NCBI RefSeq assembly: GCF_004010195.1
Contig: NC_057720.1
Span: 15,661,886 to 15,725,885 of the forward strand
Direction of reading: 5' to 3'
Origin: Chiloscyllium plagiosum
Lineage: Eukaryota
DNA length: 64,000 bases
Below the pieces are notes generated by a model. That model was not told the DNA's origin. It was given only the letters and a program-made list of their open reading frames with translations, and ran no database searches. Numbering within the stretch: the first letter of the stretch is position 1; every line of letters begins with the position of its first letter. Positions 46,130-59,080 of the stretch are shown here, piece after piece. Both the position numbers and the translations under genes were made by a program.

Positions 46130-47050
46130 TCAGAGAAATACTGTGGATACAAGATAGGTCCAAGGCTGGGGAATTCTGCAGCATGTAACTCACCTCCTGC
46201 CTCAGCCAAATCTATTCGCTATCTGTATGGCTCAAGTGAGGAGTGCGATGGCATACTCTCCACTTGCCTGGATGCATGAGTTCCAACAACACACAGCAAC
46301 ACTATCAGAATCAAGCAGTCTACTTGTTTGGCACTACCATCCACCACCACTGATGCACAGTGGCAGCAGTGTGTCCCATCTACAAGGTGCACTGGCAGCA
46401 AGCCGTGTCAAGCGTCCTCCAACAGTACTTTCCAAACCTGTGATCTCCACGACTTCGGAGGACAAGAACAGCAGATTCATTGGAGCAGCAGCTTATGCAA
46501 GTTCCCCTCCGAGCTTCTCACCTTCCTGGCTTGGAAATACATCGCCATTCCTTCACTGTTGCTGGGTCAAACTGCCTCTGAGCAATATTGTTGGTGCACT
46601 TAGATTCCCTACAGTATGGAAACAGGCCTTTTGGCCCAACAAGTCCACACCGACCCTGCGAAGAGTAACCTACCCAGATCCATTTCCCTACCCTATATTG
46701 ACGCCTGACTAATATACCTAACACTATAGGCAATTTAGCATGGCCAATTCACCTGACCTGCACACCTTTAGATTGCAAGAGGAAACTAGAGCACCCAGGG
46801 AAAACCCATGCATACATGGGGAGAATGTGCAAATTCCACACAGACAGTCACTTAAGGTGAGAATCAAACTCAGGTCCCTGGCACTGTGAGGCTGCAGTGC
46901 TAACCACTGAGCCATCCCTTACACCAGAGGGACTGCAGCAGTTCAGGAAGTCAGCTCACCACCACTTTCTCAAGGACAATTTGGGATGGACAGCAAATAC
47001 TAACCCTCACCGTAACCCAGTGAAGCTTACTAATAAATGAAGAATAAAAA
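46130..47050 (+). mobile_element. CR1/L2-group LINE 3' part, split by HE1
   Basis: AQVRSAMAYSPLAW (typical of YxAxVRxxMEY..xxW); tail caccactttctcaaggacaatttgggatgg. Confidence 0.7.
46598..46915 (-). mobile_element. HE1-like V-SINE
   Basis: Reverse complement atggctcagtggttagcactgcagcc...V-domain...ggcctgtttccatactgtagggaatct. Confidence 0.88.
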
Positions 47051-48064
47051 GGTGAGCACTCCTTGGGTATTATCTAGAGCACCAGAGGCTTCCACCTCCA
47101 GTGCCACTTTTCTAAAGCCCAGCCACTGCTTTAATTCATTTGTTTTGATCTTATTCAAATAAATCTTTTACTAAATATACAAACTGGTTTAATGCCAACG
47201 TAAATTCCATGAGTGAGTTTTGGAATTCCGTCCCGTCAAAAGTTGTTCAAGTTAGAGCGATTGAATGTTTAACAATTGATGTGGTTTTTGTTAGGTAAGG
47301 CTGTTTGAATCAGATGGCACAAATGGAGTCCAACTAAGCTTGTTCCAACTCTTTGAGAGAAATATCCAAATAGACTCCCCAGATCTACTCTTTGCTTGGA
47401 TCTCAGTGATTTGTTCAGTCAGGGTGACAGAAGTAGATGGAGTTAGGATAAGGATACAGATCAGCCTTGATTGAATTGAATTACAGTGTGTTCTGATATA
47501 ATGCAATAGTTTCGTTCTCACGCGATCCCGTGATATAAGAAAGTTGTTGTAATAGCGGCACCATTTAAACCAATGGTATCAGAATCACGTTACAGCTAAT
47601 ACAGGGTAGGGAAAGTTTGTGTTCTACAAATAATGCTTTAAATTCTTCAATAATGTTATAGCCAATTTGCTTTGAAGAAATGCATGTTTTAGCAGTAACA
47701 ACAGTACAACATCTGCTTGGGAATTGCAAGTGCAGGCAATAGGTCTACTCCATTTCACATTAATTTTGCAAATCTCTAGACTAAAGGATGCCATTAGTTT
47801 TGGGTTAAGATTTACACTTGCTCTGAACCTGTGTGAATGAAGGAAATTTGTGTTGTACTTTCTTTGGGTTTGGGATCAGTCCACTGACCCTGTCCATGGA
47901 CAGACAGGTAAAATGGTCATGGAAGTGAAAAGCAGGAAATTTGCTGGCACTTAGAATTTTACCAAATGAATTTTTTTTTTTTTTATTGACAGCCACTGGA
48001 GCAGCCTTGTCATCTAAGGTGATATTAGAAATACAGGTAGTCCTCAAAATTTCAAGAAAGATCC

Positions 48065-48536
48065 AGAATCCCTCCAGTGTGAAAACAGGCCATTCAGCCC
48101 AATGAGCCCACAGTGCCTCTCTGGGAAGCATCTGATCCAGACTCATCCCCTCCATATCTGTAATTCCCATGGCTAATCCAGCTCACCTACACAACCCTGG
48201 ACACTTTGGGCAATTTAGCGCAGCCAATCCACGTAACTGCACACCTTTGGACTGTGGGAGGAAACCCGTGCAGACACGGACAGAACGTGCAAACTCTAAA
48301 CAGACAGTCATCCGAGGCTGGAACTGAACCTGGGTCCCTGGCGGTTTGAGGCAGCAAGGTAAAAACAATGATTGCAGATGCTGGAAACCAGATTCTGGAT
48401 TAGTGGTGCTGGAAGAGCACAGCAGTTCAGGCAGCATCCAAGGAGCAGCGAAATCAACGTTTCGGGCAAAAGCCTTTCATCAGGAATAAAAGCAGAGAGC
48501 CAGCAGTACTAACCATTGAGCCACCATGCTGCCCCA
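48065..48536 (-). mobile_element. HE1-like V-SINE interrupted by a PLE pLTR
   Basis: Head gaggcagca|gtactaaccattgagccacc is split at 48356/48501. Confidence 0.8.
48357..48500 (-). mobile_element. PLE pLTR with hammerhead motif, 5-bp TSD cagca
   Basis: Reverse complement of the 12680-12818 type sequence; ttcCTGATGAaaggcttttgcccGAAACgttgat. Confidence 0.85.
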
Positions 48537-48649
48537 GCTTCTATAAACATGCCTCTGTCAAAATCAAGGCAGTGCATTCCATAGGCTAATGACTTGTTGA
48601 GTGAAGCATTTTTCCTTGCTTTATCCTTGCTTCTCTTGCAGAGCACTTT

Positions 48650-48950
48650 AGACCTTGCCTTCTCATACTTGTTCTTTACTCTGTGGGAACAGTTTCATCC
48701 TATCTTCTCTATCCAGCCCTGTCACTATCAAATTTCCTCACAGTCTTCTTCTCTCCAAGGAGAGCAGTCCCAATTTCTTCAGAACTGAAGTTCTTCAACC
48801 CCAGAATCATTGTTGTAAACCGTTTCTGTAATCTCTCCAATATGTTCACATCCTTCCTTCTAATGGAGTGCCTAGGGCTCCATTGTAGAAAATAGTCTAG
48901 ACGAGGTGCAGCAAGTGCCTTATACCATCTCATAGACATCTTCATCTCTG
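48650..48950 (-). mobile_element. Old CR1 ORF2 fragment
   Basis: YKALAAPRLDYFLQWSP...DVNILERLQKRFTTMI. Confidence 0.75.
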
Positions 48951-49242
48951 GCTAAAATGGTAAATACCATGTTCAGGGGCAGGACTTCAAATGTATGGGC
49001 TCCACTGGAACCAAACCCCTGCAAACCCATAGCAACTCTCCTTCTGCTCGACTGTAAGGTTAGTACCTCCAGTATTACTTCAATCACAATTCATTTCTCT
49101 CGAGTTAACTTTGCCCTGGAATTTCTTTGCATCAGTTTACATTGTGGCAATAACTTTGTGCAGCTTCAGTTTAATGTGTGGACTGCCTTGAAGAACAATA
49201 GACTGGCCATAACATGTAGCAAACCCATGCTGGCAGGCCCTC

Positions 49243-49385
49243 GGTTCTGAGGAAGGGTCACCGGACACGAAACATTAACTCTGATCTCTCTTCACAGATG
49301 CTGCCAGACCCGCTGAGCTTTTCCAGCAACTTTGGTTTTGTGTCTGGTTTCCAGCATCTGCATTTCCATTTGGATTTTGCTTTGA
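49243..49385 (+). mobile_element. PLE pLTR beginning at a hammerhead motif
   Basis: gttCTGAGGAagggtcaccggacacGAAACattaac...cacagatgctgccagacc...tccagcatctgca. Confidence 0.78.
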
Positions 49386-50309
49386 GTGGTCCTCTTGCTT
49401 TGTACAGGAGCAATGTAGGAGTAGTTCAAACGAGTCATTCTCAATAAGATGCATTAGCAAAGTTTGCCTGTTTCCCACCTGAATTTGAAGCAACACGGTC
49501 AGGTCATGACCCACAACCCCAAATAAACAGGATTAACCATTTTCTGGACTGACATCTCTTTGGTTCCTTAATAGCTGCTGTAGGTATTACTGCTCCAAGA
49601 GGTACATTCAAAGAATGCGATGGAATTTACAACTGAACTTCCTTTTAAATGAAACAAACAGCATCCCAGAGGACCGCAGGAGAGGAAACTGTCACTTAGA
49701 ATGTTCTGTGGTAAGAAGTGTTCAACAATTCTTTCAGATAACTTTCCTTTCTCGTTTCAGGTGGGACGCAGTTTGTCTATTCATCATGTCCTAATCCTTA
49801 CATCCATTTGCTGGTGTAGACCAGACCAGTTCTGGCAGATTTGAGCTTCTACCCCTCCATTATGAATTGAGTGCAATTATTGACACAGTAACAGAATAAA
49901 TGCCATTCAATACATTCATTTTGAGGCTAGGAGTGAAGATCTAAAACCTAGCTCCTACTGAGTTTTAGATTAAGATATTTTCTAATCAACGTGTTCAGAG
50001 ATCCTATGGCACACCCAAGATCCTAGTCTAAAGGTAGGGGCACTCAATTTCAAAGATTAATGCTTTTTTTTAAATCAATCTGTTCAGGTGTGTTATGAGA
50101 CACCACTGAAGGACATGAAATTTAAATCCAGGCTGTCCACTCTAACAGGTATGGACATTATCACTGCACCACGAGAGATCCCATTACATATTTCAAATCA
50201 GCCTGTTCAGAGACATTATTATACACCGCTAGAGCAGGTGGAACTACTTTAATAGTGAATGATAGGCAACTATATTATCAGCACCCTTAACAATAACGAG
50301 GATAAAAAA

Positions 50310-50460
50310 ACAAAGAACAATACAGCACAGGAAAAGGCCCTTTGGCCCTCCAAGCCTGCACCAACACATTTTGCCCTTGCATACTAAAACTGTCCGCCCT
50401 TACAGGATTCACATCCCTCAATTCCCCTCCTATTCATGTATTCATCCAGGTGCTTCTTGA
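50310..50460 (-). mobile_element. CR1 3' tail fragment
   Basis: caaagaacaatacagcacaggaaaaggccc...ctattcatgtattcatccagg. Confidence 0.65.
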
Positions 50461-51039
50461 GTAGCATAGGAGATGCTAATCACTGCTATTGAGTGCACAT
50501 TCCTGAATTACAATGTTACTCCCTAAGCTACTCCACATCTTTCTAAATCAACTTGCATCCCATCAAAATCCTTACATCATTATCAAGCAGATCTCCATCG
50601 CCTGATTTAGCGCTCAGGGAATATCTTGACCTCAAGCTTCCACAATCCCTGTCTTGGTTGTTGGATTATTTTAGTTGTGAAACAGTGGTCTATTTGACTC
50701 ATCACTGCACAGTGTTAGTCTCTTGTGGCACGGTGGTAATGTCCCTATCTCTGAGTCAGGAGACCTGCGTTCAAGTCCTACCTCTGCTGGAGGTGTATAA
50801 TACCATTTCTGAATGGACTGATTACAAAATATCTTCTACTGAGGTTGGGCCATTCCTTGTCAGGCATACGTTCATGTACTGACATTGACCCAACCAACAG
50901 AAAACCCCCTCTGGTAGTGTCCACATTGCCTAGGTATTCAGCAACATGATTTGTAGTATTTGCTTTGCACTGGGTCCATAGCCTTAATCTGAACATGGGT
51001 CTGGCCATCAAGTACTACAAGAGCAACAACAGCCCATAG

Positions 51040-51140
51040 AGAAACAAGGACAGAAATTGCTGGTAAAACTCAGTGGGTCTGGCAGTATCTGTGGGAAGAA
51101 AGCAGAGTTAACATTTCAAGTCTGACTCTTCATCAGAACT
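51040..51140 (-). mobile_element. PLE pLTR remnant with hammerhead motif (stem II loop reduced to 1 nt)
   Basis: Reverse complement agttCTGATGAagagtcagacttGAAAtgttaac. Confidence 0.7.
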
Positions 51141-52948
51141 GAACTCATGTCCAGTGGCTTTTTATCTGAAGTATCAAAAGAGGCTTGCTATCCTTGTTTC
51201 AGCAAAACAGGGTCTTGTCCTTGGCAACTACAATGTGCTGAGGTTGAATCCAGATTCTTCTTACTTTGTACACTCTTCATAAAATCTGCATATCATACTG
51301 TGCAATGCTGTTCAGAAATATGTCCTCTGGAAAAGAAAGTACTTACTGTGTCATAATGATGTATTGCAGGAGCTTAATAATAAACCTAAGAGAGTCTCTG
51401 CAGGTATGTACAAATTGTTCGAAGGATTATTTACAAAGTACTTATAAACAGCACAGGCACAGCACCTTTCGAATGCTGGGATTTAGCAATGTTGTGCACT
51501 CATTAGCAGTATCTTGGTATTTCCCATCTGATTAGTATAAAGCTATTATTAATTTCAGGGGCTACCTTTCTCACTTAAAGCTTGGGTTGGGAGGCCTAAG
51601 TCAAGTCCCACCTTCTCTGAAGATGTACAAAAACATCTGTGAATTGGTTGGTCAGGAAATGTTTTGAAAGCGAGGGCTCACATGGCCATTGGTAGTTACC
51701 TCTGGACTAAGAGGCCTGGGTTCAAGTCTTGTCTTCTCCAGAGGTGTATGTTATCTGAATAGATCACTTAACAATCTTTGCAAGCAGGCTTACATTTAGG
51801 CTCTTTGGTGTAGTGGTAGTGTCCCTATCTATGAGACAGGAGGCTGGGGTTCACATCCCACCTGCTCCAGCAGTGTGTGATAATAACTCTGTGCAGGCTG
51901 ATGAGAAAATCTTCCAATTTCCAGAGGACATATTTCTGAACAGTATAATATGCAGATTTTATGAAGAGAGTACAAACTAAGAAGAATCTGGATTCACCCT
52001 CAGTACATTGTAATTGCCAAGGACAATTGACACTACCTTGATGCTGTTTAAGAATGCTAATTCATAAATGTACTTTTCCTTTAAAGTTAAGGCTTTTGTG
52101 ATGCAGTGGTTGTGTCCTTACCTCTGGATTTGGATACCTAGGTTCAGGTCCCACCTGCACCAGAATAACAGGTTGATTAGAAAATATAGACACAGGGTCT
52201 TCAGGTTCAGTGGCAGTGTCCTTACCTCTAGACCAGGTGGCCTGGGTTCAATTCCCACCTGCCCCAGACATCTATCCTAACATACCTGAACAGATTGATT
52301 AAACATATCGTGACCTTTAAAACTAAAATTCAATCGGAACTAGGAATTAGTTCACTCCAAGCCTCAAAATGAATGTATTGAAAAACATTTATCCCATTGC
52401 TGTAACATTGAACATAGAGCAGTACAGTACAGGAACAGGCCCTTCGGCCCATCATGTTTGTACTGACTATGATGCCATTTGAAATTAATCCCATCTGCCT
52501 GCACACAGTCTGTATCACTCTGTTCTCCGCCTGTTCGTGTCTGCCTTAAACACTGGTATCATATCTATTTCTATTACTTCTCCAGGCAGCATGTTCCAGG
52601 CACCTACCACACCCTGTCTTGCACAACTCATTTAAACTTTCCCCCTCTCACCTTAAACCTATGTCCCTGATTATTTGATGTTTCCAGCCTGGGAAAAAAA
52701 ACTCCGATTATCCACCCTGTCATCCATCTAATAATTTTATATACTTCTATCAGGTATACATTCCTCGGTCTCCGACAATCAGGTGAAAACCATTCCAGTT
52801 GGTCCACCTCTCCTTATAGTTAATACAGTCTAACCCAGGCCACGTCCTAGTAAACCTCTTTTGAATCCTCTCCAAAGCCTCCACATCCTTCCTGTAGTGT
52901 GGTGACCAGAACTGCACACAATACTCCAAACGTGGCCCAACTAAAGTA

Positions 52949-53319
52949 GACAGCCCGCCTACTTGCGGAACGTTTCAGAGAACACCTCTGGGACACCCAG
53001 ACCAACCAACCCAACCACTCTGTGGCTCAACACTTCAACTCTCCCTCCCACTCCACCAAGGACATGCAGGTCCTTGGACTCCTCCCATCGCCAGACCATA
53101 GCAACACGACGACTGGATGAAGAGCGCCTCATCCCCTCCCCCAAGTCCCTCCTCCCTACCTTTTATCTTAGCCTGCTGGACACACTGTCCTCATTCCCGA
53201 AGAAGGGCTCATGCCCAAAATGTTGATTCTCCTGCTCCTTGGATGCTTCCTGACCTGCTGTGTGTTTCCAGCAACACATTTTCAGCTCTGATCTCCAGCA
53301 TCTGCAGTCCTCACTCTCT
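52949..53319 (+). mobile_element. PLE 3' fragment nested in CR1, 13-bp TSD
   Basis: TSD cccaactaaagta at 52936-52948 / 53320-53332; LAERFREHL...QHFNSPSH; pLTR with decayed hammerhead at ~53195-53225. Confidence 0.88.
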
Positions 53320-54627
53320 CCCAACTAAAGTATTATAAGGCTATGACATGACTTGCCAAGTTTTATATTAAATGCCCTGACAGATGAAAGCAAGCATGCC
53401 TTCTTTACCACCTTATCAATTGTGTTGCCACTTTTAGGGAGTCATGGACCTACACCCCAAGATCCTCTGTATATCAATGCTCCTAAGTATTCTGCCATTT
53501 ACTGAATACTTTCCTCTTGCATTTGACCTCCTAAAATGCATCACCTCACATTTGTCTGGATTAAACATATTTGCAATTTCTCTGCCCAACTTTCTAACCG
53601 ATTGGATACTGCTGTGCCCTGTGACAATCTTCCTCACTATCCACAACTCTACCATTTTTTGTGTTGTCTGCAAACATACAAATCAAACCACCTGCATTTT
53701 CAGCCAACACATTTATATATAGTACAAACAAGAGAGGTCCCAGCACTGATTCTTGCGGCACACCACTGGTCACAGTCAGAAAAATCACCCTTCCACAACT
53801 ACTCTCTGCCTTCTATGACTGAGCCAAGTTTGTATCCAACTTACCAACTCACATAGATCCCATGTGACTTAATCTTCTGGACCAGACCACCAGGTAGAAC
53901 CATTGTAAATGCTTTAGTAAAGTCCATGTGGACAACATCCACTACCATAGTGTAGGTTAGATTGACTTCAGATTTGTTTCACAGGTCAGCCCTGAAGGGC
54001 CTGGACTGCGCTGTAATGTTCTATGTTCTATCCTCATCAATCATCGTTGTCACTTGCTGAAAAAATTCAATCAAAATTGTGAAAAAAGACATCCGCCAGT
54101 CAAAGCTCTAATAAATCAATTTTTGTTTCCAAATGCGAGCAAATCCTGTCCTTAAACATCTTCTCAAATGTTTTCCCTACCATCAATGTAAGGTTCACCA
54201 GCCTATAATTTCCTGGATTATCCCTGTTGCCTTTCTTTAAAAAAAGGAACAACAGTCTTCTGGGACATCACTTGTGGCACGACCCTAGCAATCACATTCC
54301 TTGCCTCTTTCAGTATCCTGGGACAGATCCCATCAGTCCCTGGGGACTTATCTACCTTAATGTTTTTAACCCAGCTCCCCTGCTTCTTAATATTGACATG
54401 ACCCAAAATATACACATAGCCCTCCTTAATCTTACCATCATCATGTCCTTCTCCTTAGTGAATACCAATGTAAAGTACTCATCAAGGACCTCACCCACTT
54501 CTTATGGCTCCTTGAAAAATTCCTTTCTTTGCCCTTGAGTGGTCTTACCTTTTTCTTTGTGACCCTCTTACTCCTAATACACATATCAAATGCATTGAGA
54601 TGCTCCTTAATCCTACTTGTCAAAGAA

Positions 54628-54709
54628 GGGCTTATGCCCGAAACATCTATTCTCCTTCTCCTTTGATGCTGCCTGACCTGCTGCGCTTTTCCAGCAACAC
54701 ATTTTTAAG
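54628..54709 (+). mobile_element. 82-bp PLE pLTR insertion, 7-bp TSD caaagaa
   Basis: TSD at 54621-54627 / 54710-54716; gggcttatgcccgaaacatc...gatgctgcctgacctgctg. Confidence 0.8.
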
Positions 54710-54831
54710 CAAAGAAATTTCATGGTCCATTTTAGCCCTCCTAGTTTTTTGTTTAAGTTCTTTCCTGCTTCCCTTATAATCCAGTCTGATTTCAGTTTCG
54801 TATATGCTTCCTTTTTCTTTTTGACCGAAAA

Positions 54832-55186
54832 GTGGTCTGGTCCAAAAGATTAAGTCACATGGGATCTATGTGAGTTGGTAAGTTGGATACAAACTTGGCT
54901 CAGTCATAGAAGGCAGAGAGTAGTTGTGGAAGGGTGATTTTTCTGACTGTGACCAGTGGTGTGCCGCAAGAATCAGTGCTGGGACCTCTCTTGTTTGTAC
55001 TATATATAAATGTGTTGGCTGAAAATGCAGGTGGTTTGATTTGTATGTTTGCAGACAACACAAAAAATGGTAGAGTTGTGGATAGTGAGGAAGATTGTCA
55101 CAGGGCACAGCAGTATCCAATCGGTTAGAAAGTTGGGCAGAGAAATTGTGACCAGTGGTGTGCCGCAAGAATCAGTGCTGGGACCT
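54832..55186 (+). repeat. Inverted duplicate of 53574-53890 (317 bp) plus a 40-bp re-copy of 54948-54987
   Basis: Identical 64-aa ORFs at 53594-53788(-) and 54934-55128(+); one mismatch noticed. Confidence 0.95.
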
Positions 55187-58100
55187 TCTTGTCATCCAGG
55201 GTTCCTGAATCTTGCCATCCTTATCTTTCAACCTCACTGGAACATGCTGGTCCTGAAAGATTCCCACATGCCAGATGTGGATTTGCCCTCAAACAGCCAC
55301 CCCTAATCTAATTCTTCAGATCCTGCCTAATACTGTTGTAATTTACTGTCTCCCAATTTAGTACTTTTACCTGAGGATCAGTCTTATGTTTATCCGTAAA
55401 TATCTTAAAACTTATAGAATTACGATCACTGTTCTCAAAATGCTCGTCCAATGAAACTTTGATCATCGGACCAGGCTTAGTCCTCAATTCAAGGTCTAGA
55501 ACAGCCCCTTCCTTAGTTGGAGTATCTATATATTGTTTCAAGAAACTCTCCTGGATGCACTAACAAATTCTGCCCCATCTAAGTCTCTGGCACTAAGGGA
55601 GGCCCAGTCAACATTGGGGAAATTAAAATCACCCATTACAAAAACCCTGTTATTTTTTCATCTTTTGATGAACTGCCTACATATCTGTCCCTCTATCTCT
55701 CACTGACTGTTGGGAGGTCTATCATATAAGCCCATCATAGTGGTTGGACCTTGCTTATTCCTGAGGTCTACCCATATGGTCTCATTGGATGAGTCCACCA
55801 AGCTGTCCATTTTCAGTACAGCTGTGACATTCTCCTTAATCAGTAACATGACTCCTTCACCCCTTTTACATCTCTATCTCACCTGAAACATCGAAACACT
55901 GGTACATTCAGCTGCCAGACATGCCCCTTTCTCAACCAAGTTCCCATAATGGCTACAGCATCTTAGTTCCATGTATTAATGCAGACTCTAAGCTCTTCTG
56001 CCTTATCTGTTTCACTGTTTTCATTAATATAAATACACTTCAGATCTCCTGTCCCACCATGTTCATTAACCTTTCCCTGCCTATTCTTCCTATTTGACTT
56101 ACTTGACATAACCTCTACTTTCTCCTCAACCACTCCACATGCTGATCTACTGCTCTGATTCCTATCCCCTGCCACACTCATTTAAACCTTCTTGAGTGGC
56201 ACTGACAAACGTCCCTTCCAGGATATTGGTGCCCCTCCAGTTTAGGGTCCAATCTGCCCTTCTTGTACAGGTCCCTCCAACCTTGGAAGAGATTCTAAAG
56301 ATCCAGATATCTGAAGCCTCCCTACTACACTAGCTCTTTCGCCACACATTCAATTGTATTTCATTTCTGTTTCTGTCCTCACTGGCTTATGGCAGAGGGA
56401 GTAATCACAAGGTTACAACTCCAGTGATCCTGCATTTGAAATTTCTACCAAACTCCACACATTCTCTTTGCAGGATCCCATCGCTCTTCCTGCCTATGGA
56501 ATTAATGACAATATGGATCATGACCTCTGGCTGCTCACTCTTCCCTTTCAGAATGTTCTTTGCCCACTCAGAAGCGTCCTTGACCCTGGCTCTAGAGAGG
56601 CAACACATCGCCCTGGAGTCTCGCTCAGAACCACAGAAATGCCATTCTCTCCCCCTTACAATCACTACCACTCACTTACACTTCAACCCTCCCTGCTGTG
56701 TGCAACAAAGCCCATTATGGTGCCACTGATCGAGCTGCTGCTGCTGCCTTCCTCTAAGAGGCCATTCTACCACCGCTGTGTCCCATTGCTTACCCCTGGT
56801 AAGTTATTTCCCCCAACAGTATTCAAAATGCTATACTTTGTTTGAGAGGGGAAAAGGCACAGGGGATACCTGCACTGCCTACTTGTCCTTCCTGGCAGTA
56901 GTCCATCTATTTGGCTGAACCTCTGATGTGAGCGGATCTCTGAAACTCCTAACGATAAAGCTTTCTGCCTCCCATGCGCGGCTCAGTGAGTCCCACTGCT
57001 GCTCCAAATGACCCATGTACGTCCTACTGACACACTTGCTACAGACATCATTTCAGGGAAACTTCTATTTGATCTCCCACACATCTCACAGAAGAGGCAT
57101 ACCAATCCACTGACTGCCATTACTACCTCTCTAGTAGCTATCAGATTATCTTGCCGTACCTTAAATCGACTGAACCTCCCTCAGTGAAGGAAAGCCTGCA
57201 CTTTGACCTCAAAAATAGCATTTCCACTCACTGCTGAGGATCTGCGTTTCTTCAGCCACAACCCAATTTCTAATCGCCTCTCTTACTTTGTTCAAGAGGA
57301 GGGAGGAAGAAGGGAAACACTACTCTGCTATTAATTGTACTCCATTTGCAATGGAGAGATAGAACGACAAATTTGCCAGGGAGAGTCTGGCAAATGGATG
57401 CAAGGATTGTGACTTGTGGAATAGACAACTATGTCCCATGATCATATGATATGTGAAAGGAAAGGTAGGTGAAGGGTTAAAATGTTTAAAATAAGGCAGA
57501 GAAGCCTTTTTAAGCCAAAAATACATGTTAGTGAATTATAAAGGAGAGCTTTCAGATAGCACTCCGATTCTTATAATCATAAGAATCATAACCTTATATG
57601 ACGCTTATAATCATAACGATGGAATGAAGAAAATATAACAATCAGTATATATTGATTGCATTCTTTCAGCTACTGTCTCATGATTTGTTGCACTAGATTC
57701 TCTTGGACGCTGTAGAACAGTGATAACTGCCATTTGTCCTTGGAAATAAAACACTCCTGTGCTTTGATTTAAAGCTTTGGCCTGTGACATTCATGTTTTT
57801 CAGTGGGAGAGTAATTTATTGCTTTATACACTGCGGACAAATAGATGTCATCACTTAAATGAAGACAACTGGTACAAATAGAAGCTTTGGCTATGGCTTG
57901 GGACTGCCCTAATAAATCAGACGTCCCTGCTTATGGGATCATTGTCATCTTCTCCCTGCTTCACAGCATTAGGTGAGTGGTTAACTTGCATCTTATTATC
58001 ACTTTCCATACTGTGTTCATCCTATCAAGGTATTATCTACTGTAATCACATTAATGTTGTGAACATTATTTTAAATGTACGCCGAGCCCAAGCAGAATTT

Positions 58101-58320
58101 ATTCCATGTACAGACGGACATTGTTTTTATCCCCGACTGATATCTGTCCTGATCTGAATTCAAGCTTATCAACAACCAGCATAAAATTCCGGTTTTTGCA
58201 GTTGAGTATCTCTGTCTCTCTTTCTGGAAAAGTAAAACAGGAATAGGTAAATGGCCTTCTTTCTGGATTAGTGGTGCTGGAAGAGCACAGCAGTTCAGGC
58301 AGCATCCAAGGAGCTTCGAA

Positions 58321-58355
58321 ATCGACGTTTCGGGCAAAAGCCCTTCATCAGGAAT
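58321..58355 (-). ncRNA. Minimal hammerhead ribozyme motif in pLTR
   Basis: Reverse complement attc-CTGATGA-A-GGGC-tttt-GCCC-GAAAC-GTC-gat. Confidence 0.72.
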
Positions 58356-59080
58356 AAAGGCAGTGAGCCTGAAGCATGGAGAGATAAGCTAGAGGAGGGT
58401 GGGTGGAGTGGATAGGTGGAAAAGGAGATAGGCAGGTAGGACAAGTTCGGACAAGTCATGGGGACAGTGCTGAGCTGCAAGTTTAGAACTTGGGTGAGGT
58501 GGGGGAAGGGAAAATGAGGAAACTGTTGAAGTCCACATTGATGCCCTGGGGTTGAAGTGTTCCGAGGCGGAAGATGAGGCGTTCTTCCTCCAGGCGTCTG
58601 GTGGTGAGAGAGCGGCAGTGAAGGAGGCCCAGGACCTCCATGTCCTCGGCAGAGTGGGAGGGGGAGTTGAAATGTTGGGCCACGGGGCGGTGTGGTTGAT
58701 TGGTGCGGGTGTCCCGGAGATGTTCCCTAAAGCGCTCTGCTAGGAGGCATCCAGTCTCCCCAATGTAGAGGAGACCGCATCGGGAACAACAGATACAATA
58801 GATGATATTAGTGTATGTGCAGGTAAAACTTTGATGGATGTGGAAGGCTCCTTTAGGGCCTTGGATAGAGGTGAGGGAGGAGGTGTGGGCGCAGGTTTTA
58901 CAGTTCCTGTGGTGGCAGGGGAAAGTGCCAGGATGGGAGGGTGGGTTGTACGGGGGCGTGGACCTGACCAGGTAGTCACGGAGGGAACGGTCTTTGCGGA
59001 AGGCGGAAAGGGGTGGGGAGGGAAATATATCCCTGGTGGTCCTCTAGCTTAACTCTCCATGCTCCAGGCTCACTGCCTTT

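Larger units (their letters stand above)
49974..52309. mobile_element. Cluster of about nine ~110-bp tRNA-derived repeats (3 minus, 6 plus)
   Basis: Recurrent gtggtagtgtccctatct...ggttcaagtcccacctgctccag...tctgaacaggttgattag at ~50720, 51585, 51680, 51800, 52092, 52197; reverse copies at ~49974, 50071, 50187. Confidence 0.7.
52405..57120 (-). mobile_element. Near full-length decayed CR1 LINE: ORF1 (Zn finger + SGNH esterase) and ORF2 (APE + RT)
   Basis: ORF1 CCLSRARVKD...KNILKGKSEQPEVMIHIVINSIG (56405-56671) and DVCSKC (~57035); ORF2 start GDLKCIYIN...KAEELR; KSPGTDGICPRILKE; VTSGVPQESVLGPLLFVLYIN...MFADNTK; FNPDKCEVMHF; tail at ~52405. Confidence 0.9.
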
